DNA of 64,000 bases from Longimicrobiales bacterium (lineage in GTDB: Bacteria; Gemmatimonadota; Gemmatimonadetes; Longimicrobiales; Gaopeijiaceae), in contig OZ220732.1 in assembly GCA_965116905.1 (NCBI GenBank), positions 416,001 to 480,000 on the forward strand. Reading direction: 5' to 3'. Under the pieces are notes generated by a model, which saw nothing but the letters and a program-made list of their open reading frames with translations, was not told where the DNA came from and did no database searches. A program made the position numbers and the translations under genes. The stretch's first letter is position 1. Every line of letters begins with the position of its first letter. Below are positions 48,108 to 57,244 of this stretch, in pieces.

Positions 48108-49106
48108 CTAGCCCCCGCCCCGCCCCTCCGCACCCCACACGATCACGATCTTCCCGAAGTTCTGGTTGGCTTCCATGCGGCGGTGCGCGTCCGCCACCCG
48201 GGACGCGGGGAAGACGCGGTCTATCGCAGGCGCAAGGGTACCGTCCTGGAAGCCGGGGAGCACCGATGCGGTGAAGTCGCGGGCCAGGTCGGCCTTCTCC
48301 CCCACCCCCCTCGCCCGCAGCACCGTCCCGAAGAGGCGCGCGCGTCGCGCCATCAGGGACCTCAGGTCGATCTCCGCGCGGCTCCCACCCGGCACGCCGA
48401 CCACCACGTGCCGCGCTCCCACCGCGATCGCGGCCTGGTTCCTCGCAAGATAGGGCGCCCCCACGAGATCGAGGATCACGTCCGCCCCCCTGCCGCCCGT
48501 CGCGGCCATCACGGCCTCGTCCCACGCGTCCCCACCGTTCAGGCCCAGCCCGAGACCCAGTTCGGCGGCCCGTTCCAGCTTGGACGGCGTGCGCGACGTC
48601 CCGATCGTCTGCGCGCCCGCGCGCCGCGCCAGCTGCACCGCGGCGGTCCCGACACCGCTCCCCACCGCGTGGACCAGCAGGGTCTCCCGCCGCTTGAGCC
48701 CGGCCTGCCGAAAGACCGCGTCCCATGCGGTCATGTAGACTTCGGGAATCGCCCCGGCGACCGTCATGTCCATCCCGGCCGGCACCTGCACGGCCACCCG
48801 TTCGTCCACCACGACGCGCTCGGCGTAGCCCCCACCCGCCACGATGCCCATGACGCGGTCGCCCGGCACCCATCGCGTCACGGCGGCTCCCACGCGCTCC
48901 ACCACCCCCGCGAACTCGAGCCCCGGCACTTCGGATGCCCCCGGCGGCGGCGGATACAGCCCACGGCGCTGGAGCACGTCCGCCCGGTTCACGCCGGACG
49001 CCCTCACCCCGACCAGCACTTCGCGGCCCGACGGCTCGGGGTCCGGCAGGGACTCCAGGCGCAGGACGTCCGCTTCGCCGAATTCGGGAATCACGACGGC
49101 ACGCAT
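48108..49106 (-). CDS. NAD(P)H-quinone oxidoreductase (PIG3/MDR family)
   Basis: GVNRADVLQRRGLYPPPPG, PGLEFAG, GGGYAE, HAVGSGVGTAA, NFGKIV. Confidence 0.92.
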   Translation of the reverse strand: MRAVVIPEFGEADVLRLESLPDPEPSGREVLVGVRASGVNRADVLQRRGLYPPPPGASEVPGLEFAGVVERVGAAVTRWVPGDRVMGIVAGGGYAERVVVDERVAVQVPAGMDMTVAGAIPEVYMTAWDAVFRQAGLKRRETLLVHAVGSGVGTAAVQLARRAGAQTIGTSRTPSKLERAAELGLGLGLNGGDAWDEAVMAATGGRGADVILDLVGAPYLARNQAAIAVGARHVVVGVPGGSRAEIDLRSLMARRARLFGTVLRARGVGEKADLARDFTASVLPGFQDGTLAPAIDRVFPASRVADAHRRMEANQNFGKIVIVWGAEGRGGG

Positions 49107-49175
49107 GGCAGGTAATGTACACGGGTGTGCGCATATGCGTGTGCGCCCGCCTCCGAGCGGTTAGAATAGTCCGCC

Positions 49176-49955
49176 ATGGAACTTCCCTTCGACCTCGACC
49201 GCCCGGTCACGTTCTTCGACCTCGAGACCACCGGACTGAGCCTGTCCCGCGACCGAATCGTCGAACTGGCGATCATCCGGGTGTCACCACAGGGCGACGT
49301 CTTCGAGAAGGTGCGGCGCTACAACCCCGAGATGCCGATCCCCGCCGAGGCCGCCGCGGTCCACGGGATCACCGACGACATCGTGGCCGACGAGCACCCC
49401 TTCCGCGCGACGGCGAAGTCGCTGGCCCGGCTGCTGGAGCCGTGCGATCTGGCGGGCTTCAACATCCGGCGCTTCGACCTGCCGATCCTCCTCGCCGAGT
49501 TTCGGCGCGCCGGGGTGCCCTTCGAGGTCAGGGACCGGCGCCTGATCGACATGAAGATCATCTTCCACCGCGAGGAGCCGCGCGACCTGTCGGCGGCGGC
49601 GCGCTTCTACCTGGCCCGCGACCACGAGGACGCGCACACCGCGCTGGGCGACATCCGCACGACGGCCGCCGTCCTGACCGCGCAGCTGCAGAAGTACGGC
49701 CACCTCCCCCGCAACATGGACGGGCTGCACGCCTATTGCGACGAGAGGGATCCCTTTCTCACCGAATTCGACCGCTGGTTCTCCGATACCGCGGACGGCC
49801 TGACCTTCAAGCGGGGCAAGCACAAGGGCTCGCTGCTCGACGAGGTCGCCCGGTCGGCCCCCGACTACCTCGAGTGGATGATGGGCGCCGACGACATGCC
49901 GGCCGAGGTGCTGGAGGCGGTCGGACAGGCGCTCGCGAGGACCCGCGGGCCGTGA
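49176..49955 (+). CDS. DEDDh 3'-5' exonuclease (DnaQ/ExoX-like)
   Basis: FFDLETTG, GFNIRRFD, AHTALGD; C-terminal GKHKG...PDYLEW motif. Confidence 0.9.
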   Translation: MELPFDLDRPVTFFDLETTGLSLSRDRIVELAIIRVSPQGDVFEKVRRYNPEMPIPAEAAAVHGITDDIVADEHPFRATAKSLARLLEPCDLAGFNIRRFDLPILLAEFRRAGVPFEVRDRRLIDMKIIFHREEPRDLSAAARFYLARDHEDAHTALGDIRTTAAVLTAQLQKYGHLPRNMDGLHAYCDERDPFLTEFDRWFSDTADGLTFKRGKHKGSLLDEVARSAPDYLEWMMGADDMPAEVLEAVGQALARTRGP

Positions 49956-52900
49956 TGGCCACATCCCCCACAGCCGAACCCCCTTCCCCAGGAGCAGGCC
50001 AGACCATGACCGCGCTGAAACCGCCCACCCGCCGCCACCTCCCGGCCCTGCTCGGTCTCGCCGGGTTGGCCCTGGCCACGCCCCTGACGACGCCTCTGGC
50101 ATCGCCCTTGGCGACGCCGCTGACAGCGCCTCTGGCGATGCTCCTGGCCACGCCCCTGACCGCCCAGCAGGCCATCACCGAAGCCGAGTTGGCCGCCTTC
50201 CAGCCGCGGCACGTCGGGCCGGCGGTCACCGGCGGGCGCATTCACGACGTCGAGGCGCTTCCGTACGACCCCTCGACCATCTACGTCGCGACCGCTTCGG
50301 GCGGGCTGTGGAAGAGCGTCAACCGGGGGATCACCTGGACCAACCTCTGGGAGCACATGCCGGTCAGCACCTTTGGCGACCTGGCCATCGCGCCCTCCAA
50401 CCCCGACATCCTCTACGCCGGGACGGGCGAGCAGCAGAACCGGCAGAGCACGTCGTGGGGCAACGGCGTCTACCGCTCCGACGACGCGGGCGCCACCTGG
50501 CGTCACCTGGGCCTCGAAGGGACACACCACACCGGCCGCGTGCAGGTCCACCCCACCGATCCCGACATCGTGTACGTGGCCGCGCTGGGCAACCTGTGGC
50601 GCTCCGCCCCCGACCGAGGCGTGTACCGCTCGCGCGACGGCGGAGGCACGTGGGACAGGGTGCTGTACGTCGACGACCACACCGGTGCGATCGACCTGGC
50701 CATGGACCCGTCCGACCCCGACGTGCTCTACGCTGCCATGTACCAGCGCCAGCGCCGCACCTGGGGCTTCAACGGCGGCGGTCCCGGGAGCGGCCTGTAC
50801 AAGACCACCGACGGCGGCGACAGCTGGCGCGAGCTCACCGACGGGCTGCCCGGCGGCGACAAGGGCCGCATCGGGATCGCCGTCGCGCCCACCAATCCCC
50901 GGATACTTAACATTCTTGTTCAGCATTCCACGGAATCGGGAGGCTACCGCAGCGAGGACGGCGGCGAGAGCTGGGAGAAGGTGAGCGACCAGAATATCCG
51001 GCCGATGTACTACTCCCACGTCTTCATCGACCCCACCGACGAGGACCGCGTCTACACGCTGGCCACCTCTTCGCATCGCAGCGAGGACGGCGGACGCACC
51101 TTCGTCGAGATCGCCGAGCGCCCGACCTACGACGTGGGCGTGCACGCGGACCACCACACGATGTGGATCAATCCGGCCGACCCCGACCACTTCTACCTCG
51201 CGGGCGACGCCGGGCTGCACGAGACCTACGACCGGGGCGTGACCTTCCGGCGCATCAACAACCTCCCGATCGGACAGTTCTACGGGATCACCGTCGACAA
51301 CCGGGACCCGTACTGGATCTACGGCGGCATGCAGGACAACCACTCCTGGATGGGCCCGTCCGCGACACGGTCCTGGGAGGGTATCGTGGACGACGAGTGG
51401 CGCCAGAGCGGCTTCGGCGACGGCATGTACCAGCAGGCCGACCCGGACGGGCGCACGATCTACATCAACACGCAGAACGGGGGCTGGACTCGTTTTGACA
51501 ACAGGACGGGCGATATGATGAGCCTGCGCCTGACCGCGCCGGAAGGCGAGGAGCCGTATCGCTGGGACTGGGTGAGCCCGAGTCTGATTTCCCGGCACGA
51601 CCCGAACACGGTCTACCTGGGCGGCAACCGGCTGTTCATATCGCGCGACCGCGGCGACAGTTTCACCCGCACCGGGGACCTCACGCGGGGCCAGGACCGC
51701 GACGAGCTGGAGATCATGGGCGTGCGCGGCGCCGACATCACGCTCTCCCGCAACGACGGCACCTCGTCGTACGGCGAGATCATCACGATCTCCGAGTCGC
51801 CCCACGACCCGGCGGTGCTCTGGGTCGGCACCGACGACGGCAACGTGCAGGTCTCCGTGGACGGTGCCCGCACGTGGAACGAGGTCTCCGGCAATGCGCC
51901 CGGCCTCCCGGACGGCACCTACGTCAGCCGCGTGCTCGCCTCGGGGCAGGCGCCCGGCACCGCATACGCCACCTTCGACGCGCACAGGGACGGCGACTTC
52001 CGCCCGTTCGTCTACCGCACCGAGGACTACGGCGCCACCTGGACCCCGCTGCACGGCGGGCTGCCGTCGGGCGACGACGACTTCCCGGCGGGCTCCATCA
52101 ACGTGATCGTCGAACATCCCGACAACGCGGACGTGCTCTTCATCGGCACCGAGCACCACGTCTTCGCCAGCACGGACCGGGGCACGTCGTGGGCGAGGTT
52201 CACGACGCTGCCCACCACGGCCTACGACGACATGGTCATCCACCCGCGCGAGAAGGACCTCGTGCTGGGGACGCACGGCCGCTCGATCATCATTATCGAC
52301 GACGTGGGGCCGCTCGCCCGGTACGGCGCCACTGCGGCCGACGCTGTCGCGCTGTACGACACGGGCCCCGGCCGGATCATGAACTACTGGAAGGACACCT
52401 CGTACCGGGCGCAGTCGGTCTTCATGGGCGCCAACCCCGTGGACGGCACGGTGATCACCTACCGTCTCGGACCGGGTTCGGGGCCCGCCCGGCTCACGGT
52501 GCGCAACGCCGCCGGCGAGGTGGTTCGCAGCATGGCCGTCCCGTCCGGGCCGGGCCTGCACCGGGTCGACTGGGACCTGCGCCACGGCCTGCCGAGCGAA
52601 GGGGACGACGCGGAGTGGTCCGCCCACGATCCCGCGGTGGTGCCCCGCCCGCTCGGCCAGCGCGGCCCGTTCGTCTCACCGGGCGTCTACACGGTGGAGC
52701 TGTCGGCGCGTGGCGAGATGCGTACCGGCAACGTGTCCGTCGGCGGCGACCCCGACCTGCCCCTCACGGTCGAGGACTACCGCGAGCGCGAAGCCTTCCT
52801 GCTCGAAATCCTGGAGCTGGGCGAGCAACTCGAAGACGCCGGAGACGCCGCATCCGACCACCGCCGCGACCTCATGCAGCTGTACGGCGCCATCAACGGC

Positions 52901-53008
52901 GGCGGCGTGCGCCAGGGCACGCTGCATCCCCCCACGGCCACCCAGCGCGAACAGCTGGAACGCATCAAGCGTGCGCTGCGGCGGCAGGGGCTGGTGGCCG
53001 ACGCGTGA
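49955..53008 (+). CDS. Secreted BNR/VPS10 (sortilin-like) beta-propeller protein, putative glycosyl hydrolase
   Basis: GPAVTGGRI; repeated S/TxDxGxTW Asp-boxes; GGMQDN, GTDDGNV, GTHGRS; signal region containing xxPL repeats. Confidence 0.85.
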   Translation: MATSPTAEPPSPGAGQTMTALKPPTRRHLPALLGLAGLALATPLTTPLASPLATPLTAPLAMLLATPLTAQQAITEAELAAFQPRHVGPAVTGGRIHDVEALPYDPSTIYVATASGGLWKSVNRGITWTNLWEHMPVSTFGDLAIAPSNPDILYAGTGEQQNRQSTSWGNGVYRSDDAGATWRHLGLEGTHHTGRVQVHPTDPDIVYVAALGNLWRSAPDRGVYRSRDGGGTWDRVLYVDDHTGAIDLAMDPSDPDVLYAAMYQRQRRTWGFNGGGPGSGLYKTTDGGDSWRELTDGLPGGDKGRIGIAVAPTNPRILNILVQHSTESGGYRSEDGGESWEKVSDQNIRPMYYSHVFIDPTDEDRVYTLATSSHRSEDGGRTFVEIAERPTYDVGVHADHHTMWINPADPDHFYLAGDAGLHETYDRGVTFRRINNLPIGQFYGITVDNRDPYWIYGGMQDNHSWMGPSATRSWEGIVDDEWRQSGFGDGMYQQADPDGRTIYINTQNGGWTRFDNRTGDMMSLRLTAPEGEEPYRWDWVSPSLISRHDPNTVYLGGNRLFISRDRGDSFTRTGDLTRGQDRDELEIMGVRGADITLSRNDGTSSYGEIITISESPHDPAVLWVGTDDGNVQVSVDGARTWNEVSGNAPGLPDGTYVSRVLASGQAPGTAYATFDAHRDGDFRPFVYRTEDYGATWTPLHGGLPSGDDDFPAGSINVIVEHPDNADVLFIGTEHHVFASTDRGTSWARFTTLPTTAYDDMVIHPREKDLVLGTHGRSIIIIDDVGPLARYGATAADAVALYDTGPGRIMNYWKDTSYRAQSVFMGANPVDGTVITYRLGPGSGPARLTVRNAAGEVVRSMAVPSGPGLHRVDWDLRHGLPSEGDDAEWSAHDPAVVPRPLGQRGPFVSPGVYTVELSARGEMRTGNVSVGGDPDLPLTVEDYREREAFLLEILELGEQLEDAGDAASDHRRDLMQLYGAINGGGVRQGTLHPPTATQREQLERIKRALRRQGLVADA

Positions 53009-53460
53009 CCTTCCTCCGCTTCCTCGTCCTTGTCGTCCTGCTCAACGTCGTCCGCTACCTCGTCGCGGGCGTCATCGAGCAGGCGCTCGTGCTGCCGCAC
53101 CTCTTCGGAGCCATGGCGGAGAGCCCGGAGTACTTCAGAACCGAATTCGCGACGTGGGACTGGATCACTTCCTACACCTACAACTTCGTGATGTGGGGCG
53201 TCGCGGCGTGGGTCTTCCACCTGCTCAGACCGGTTCTGAAGGGCGGAGACGTGGTGGCGAGCCTCAAGTCGTTCGGGCTCATGTGGCTGATGTTCGCCGC
53301 GGTCAGCGCCATCTACATGAACCACTACAGCCACCCGCGGGACTTCTACCTCTGGAACATCCTGGACGCGGTGATCGCGTTTGCGACGGTCGCGGTCGCC
53401 AACGGCCTGCTATACCGGCGCGTGATGGCCCCGCCAGCCCGCCGTTCAGGCGCCGTCTAG
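53005..53460 (+). CDS. Hypothetical membrane protein (about 4 TM)
   Basis: GTGA overlap with the upstream gene; hydrophobic helices; host-like codon usage. Confidence 0.7.
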   Translation: MTFLRFLVLVVLLNVVRYLVAGVIEQALVLPHLFGAMAESPEYFRTEFATWDWITSYTYNFVMWGVAAWVFHLLRPVLKGGDVVASLKSFGLMWLMFAAVSAIYMNHYSHPRDFYLWNILDAVIAFATVAVANGLLYRRVMAPPARRSGAV

Positions 53461-54818
53461 CGGAACCACCACCACCCGCCGCCGCCGCTGAAGCGGTTGT
53501 TGACGACGTTGTTGTAGATCGAGCCGAACTGGAACGAGAAGCCGAGCTGGAGGGAGTAGTTGAAGTCCTGGGAACGCTGCTGGAGGTTCAGGAGCGCCTC
53601 GGCGTCGGTCGCGCCCTCCGCCGACAGGTAGATCTGGTCGTTGACCCAGGAGATGTTGCCCTCGGCGTTGATGCTGACTCCCCGGGCGATCCGGAAGTCG
53701 ATGTCGCCCCCCAGCCTCACGTTGTAGAGGCCGATGTCGTGGAGGAAGTGGGACCCGGTCATGCTGATGGACGCGTCGCCCCACGGCTGCCTCTGCGAGA
53801 GTTCGAATTCGAGAGACTGCTCCCAGCGGGTCTCAACCGTCTGCAGGAATTGCGTCTGCTCGATGTAGCGCCGGTAGGCGGGCCCGATCTTGTAGAACAG
53901 CGTCAGCGCCCGCCGGGTCGCCTCTTCGTAGGGGAAGAAGCTGTATTCGAGCGCCGGAGTGATCTCGGCCCGGAAGGCCTGGTTGAAGCGTACGATGCGT
54001 CGCATCTCGCCCTGGACCCCGACCGACCAGTGGTCGGCAAGCGAATACGCGATGAGATGGCTGAATCCCCAATCGGTCCTGGAATCGCTGAACGTCGACT
54101 CGTCGGCAAGGTCGATTTCCCGCTGGTTGTAATTCACATTCCCCCGGAAGTTCATCTTCCAGGTGGGGGTCACCCGCGAGGCGCTGAAGTTGCCGTCGAT
54201 CCGCTGGGTGCGCCGCGTCTGCTCGCCCTGGAGCTCTGTCCGTCCCCCCAGCCGGAAGACCCAGAAGTCCCAGGGATCGTCGACCTCCTCCTGCGCGACG
54301 ACGCGCTCCCCAGGATCGGGGCCCTGCCCGTTCAGCAGCACGCTGCTGACTTCCTGAAAGGCCGCGATGTCGTCGAAGAACCCGTTGACCGTGGCGAAGT
54401 GAAGCAGCCCCACGCCGATCGTGCGGGCGATTTCGTCCAGCGTTTCCCGGTCGGTGTTCGTGGGCGGCGCCTGATAGGTCAGTTGACGCTCGTATCCGAA
54501 GTCTCCCGACCCGATGTAATCCAGCCGGTACTCGCGCCCTCCCGCGCCCGTGGTCTGGCTCGTCATGATGACGTGGACGTCCGAGTCGTCCGGGAGGCGC
54601 ACCCAGTTCACCCACGGCAGTTCGGTGCGGAAGTAGTTCTGGTTGCAGTTGCGGCTCGCGCAGTCCAGGAAGACGCTGATCCACTCGCCGTCCTGCCCGG
54701 CCTCTTCCTGTCCGGCGGCGGGCATCGCCAGCAGCGCCAGGGCAAGCACAGGCCCGAACAACGCGCAGGAAGCCGCCGAACCGCGCAGGAGCCGCGGCGC
54801 TTCAGTCCGGTTCAGCAC
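53457..54818 (-). CDS. Hypothetical outer-membrane beta-barrel-like protein
   Basis: Signal peptide, N-terminal VFLDC..NC domain, alternating beta-strand pattern in the C-terminal half (YSLQLGFSFQFG). Confidence 0.65.
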   Translation of the reverse strand: MLNRTEAPRLLRGSAASCALFGPVLALALLAMPAAGQEEAGQDGEWISVFLDCASRNCNQNYFRTELPWVNWVRLPDDSDVHVIMTSQTTGAGGREYRLDYIGSGDFGYERQLTYQAPPTNTDRETLDEIARTIGVGLLHFATVNGFFDDIAAFQEVSSVLLNGQGPDPGERVVAQEEVDDPWDFWVFRLGGRTELQGEQTRRTQRIDGNFSASRVTPTWKMNFRGNVNYNQREIDLADESTFSDSRTDWGFSHLIAYSLADHWSVGVQGEMRRIVRFNQAFRAEITPALEYSFFPYEEATRRALTLFYKIGPAYRRYIEQTQFLQTVETRWEQSLEFELSQRQPWGDASISMTGSHFLHDIGLYNVRLGGDIDFRIARGVSINAEGNISWVNDQIYLSAEGATDAEALLNLQQRSQDFNYSLQLGFSFQFGSIYNNVVNNRFSGGGGWWWFR

Positions 54819-54846
54819 TCAGGAAGCCGATCAGGCCATGCAGGCA

Positions 54847-55242
54847 TCAGCGGCGCCACGTGGTGACGACGATCGCCCCGGCGACATGGTTGGTGCCGAA
54901 GCGCGTCGTCGCGTCGGACGCGCTCATGTAGCGAATTTCCTCCACCTCGTGGGGTGCCAGCCTCCTCAGCTCTTCGACCTCGCCACGAAGCTGGCCGTCC
55001 ACGTAGACCCGGGGCGTGTGCCGCTGCTGGTTCCGAAGCGACGCCACGCTGCGTGCCAGAAGCCACCGGGGACGCAGTGCCCGGACGGCCTCGAAAGTGG
55101 TATTGTGCGGGACTGCCATCAACTCGTCGGCTGTAATCAGGTTTCTGGAACGGCCGGCACCGCTTGATTCTCCAGACGACGCGCAGCCCGTCGACAGCAG
55201 TACCGCCACCAAAAGCAGGGGCGAATGGGTTCGCGTCAGCAT
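54847..55242 (-). CDS. Lipoprotein consisting of a stand-alone TonB-receptor plug-like domain
   Basis: Lipobox STGC; ITADEL, VYVDG, VEEIRY...ATTRFG...GAIVVTT resemble plug motifs; GGAGG ribosome-binding site. Confidence 0.7.
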   Translation of the reverse strand: MLTRTHSPLLLVAVLLSTGCASSGESSGAGRSRNLITADELMAVPHNTTFEAVRALRPRWLLARSVASLRNQQRHTPRVYVDGQLRGEVEELRRLAPHEVEEIRYMSASDATTRFGTNHVAGAIVVTTWRR

Positions 55243-55313
55243 CGTACACCTCCGTCTTGCCTTCCGTTCCCGGCCGGCGATTGCGGAATACCGGCCGAAT
55301 CCGTTTCTTCAAG

Positions 55314-55380
55314 TTGACGCCCGCAGTCCCAGTATTGACACCCGCAGTCCCCGTAGCTGTTGACGAAACGAGTCCCCAAG
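55314..55380. repeat. Three TTGAC-N6-AGTCCC direct repeats in a divergent promoter region
   Basis: TTGACGCCCGCAGTCCCAGTA (55314), TTGACACCCGCAGTCCCCGTA (55335), TTGACGAAACGAGTCCCCAAG (55360). Confidence 0.8.
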
Positions 55381-55399
55381 GTAGAAGGAAGGGACCGCA

Positions 55400-55834
55400 T
55401 TGAGAAAGCCCAACACTGCACTGGCTGCCGTCGTGGCGGTTGCGTTCACGGTATCGGGTTGCATGTCCGTGCAGCGGGCGCCCGTCCCCGGACCCGAGGT
55501 GCGCAACGGCCTCGATATCCGCGGTGTGATCCTCGGCGAATGCCCGCCGGAGGCGACCGGGTGCGAGTTGTTCGAGTATTCCGAGGTGCACGATGTGCGG
55601 TGGACGGAAACGAGCCTGGTGATTACCGGCGTCGTCCACGCACCCGGCGAAGATGATCACGGACAGATCACCACGGTCGCCTTCCCCCTGGCGGAGGTCA
55701 GCGAGGTGCTGGTCAGCGACATGGACGGCACCCGTGCCTCGATCATCGTCGCGGGCATTCTCATGAGCGCATCCGTCATCATCTCGCTCCTGGTGACCGG
55801 CAAGTCGAAGGACGGCGTGCCGATCGGAACGTAA
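55400..55834 (+). CDS. Hypothetical lipoprotein with a C-terminal TM helix
   Basis: TTG start with a purine-rich ribosome-binding site; lipobox VSGC; hydrophobic C-terminus. Confidence 0.65.
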   Translation: MRKPNTALAAVVAVAFTVSGCMSVQRAPVPGPEVRNGLDIRGVILGECPPEATGCELFEYSEVHDVRWTETSLVITGVVHAPGEDDHGQITTVAFPLAEVSEVLVSDMDGTRASIIVAGILMSASVIISLLVTGKSKDGVPIGT

Positions 55835-55872
55835 GGCGCCCCCGCCAACCTGCCGGCCGGCGGGGGCGCCTT
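55833..55872. terminator. Probable bidirectional hairpin terminator
   Basis: Perfect 14-bp stem AAGGCGCCCCCGCC / GGCGGGGGCGCCTT between convergent genes; U-tracts are short. Confidence 0.7.
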
Positions 55873-55896
55873 GTCCCTCTGTTGCTGTCCGGCTCC

Positions 55897-57228
55897 CTAC
55901 GTACACACCGAGGAGTTCTGAATCTCCGGATTGAGGGTGCATTCGATCTCTGGAACCGGCATGCACGACACGCGCGGTTCGGCGCCCGGACCGATAAGGG
56001 TCCCGCCCTGCAGGAACGGATGCTGCCATCGGTCGAGATCGAAGAGGCGACGCCCCTCGATCCACAGCGTCAGGTAGCGTTCCCGGTCCAGGATCGACCA
56101 GGCGTCGTCCTGGGCGTTCGGAAACTCCAGCGCTCCGGCCGCAGCCGGCTGTTCGATCGGATCCGCGCCGTAGAATGCGCGCACCTCGTTGACCTTGGCC
56201 GTAAAGGTCGCAAGGTCGCCGCCAACCAACGCGGCCTCGGCCTCGATGAGGCGCATCTCCGTGCCGGTGACGATCGGGACGTCGCTCCCGGATTCATTGT
56301 ACTTGTCCTGCCTGTAGTGCGCGGTCAGTCCGTCCGCGCCCTGGTGCGCGCCGCTGCCCTGCCCGGTGCACACGCCCGTCGGCGTCACGCCCTTCGACGG
56401 ATCAGTCGGGTCGTTCCAGGCACCGCAGATCGTGTACGGCGCCCGAGGGTCGCCGTCGAACACACGTTGCGCCGGCGTTGCCCAGACACCCACCTCCGCA
56501 CGTCCCCACGACTCGTTCCACACTCCGTTGCTGTTGGCGGTGAGGTGGTAGATGGCGCTGTGCATGAAGTTGGTGGGCACCATGGACGCCGACTGCACAG
56601 CCGCCGACCAGTTGCCGAGCCCCACGTTCGCCTGGGCGATTCCGCCATGTGCGGCGGTCACGTAGTCGCTCGCACCCGCCGCCGTGCCGATGGTGACCGC
56701 CTGGTTCAGCGCGACAATGGCGCTGTCGAAGGCGGCCGTACGCGGTTGCAGCGGGCCCTTGTCATAGACGAGGTCACAGAAGTTCTCGCCCAGCATCCGG
56801 TGCGCCAGTCCCATCAGCAGGAAGACCCGCGCGGAGCCGTCGAAGCTGTTGGCTTCCCCACCAAGCACGTCCTGGAGCCGCTCCCAGGCCCCTCCCGCGG
56901 CCCAGGCCGCCTCGTGGGCCTGTTCCCAGTGCCCCTCCGAATTCTCGTTGTCGAAGACGCCCCTCCGGTACTGTCCGGTCGAGAAGTAGCTTCCCGTGCC
57001 GGCCAGGTCGTCGGTGAGACGGGCGATATCGAAGGCGTAGAAGTCGCCGATGTCGTTGAACTCGGCCGAAACCCCGGAAACCAGGATCGGCATGAGCTCC
57101 CGCGTGGTGAGGTCCTCGTCCAGGATCCTCCCCGGGTTCAGGACCTCGAGTTCGCAACCCGCCAGACCCACGCCGCACAGCAGGACGGCGACGCTGCCGA
57201 TGCCAGCTTTTCGCGTTCGTTTCGTCAT
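55897..57228 (-). CDS. SusD/RagB-like outer-membrane lipoprotein
   Basis: Lipobox LAGC; EMRLIEAEAAL, NEVR, ERYLTLWIEGRRLFDLDRW, P.PEIE motifs; lies downstream of susC. Confidence 0.85.
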   Translation of the reverse strand: MTKRTRKAGIGSVAVLLCGVGLAGCELEVLNPGRILDEDLTTRELMPILVSGVSAEFNDIGDFYAFDIARLTDDLAGTGSYFSTGQYRRGVFDNENSEGHWEQAHEAAWAAGGAWERLQDVLGGEANSFDGSARVFLLMGLAHRMLGENFCDLVYDKGPLQPRTAAFDSAIVALNQAVTIGTAAGASDYVTAAHGGIAQANVGLGNWSAAVQSASMVPTNFMHSAIYHLTANSNGVWNESWGRAEVGVWATPAQRVFDGDPRAPYTICGAWNDPTDPSKGVTPTGVCTGQGSGAHQGADGLTAHYRQDKYNESGSDVPIVTGTEMRLIEAEAALVGGDLATFTAKVNEVRAFYGADPIEQPAAAGALEFPNAQDDAWSILDRERYLTLWIEGRRLFDLDRWQHPFLQGGTLIGPGAEPRVSCMPVPEIECTLNPEIQNSSVCT

Positions 57229-57244
57229 CGTATTCGTCCCCCCC

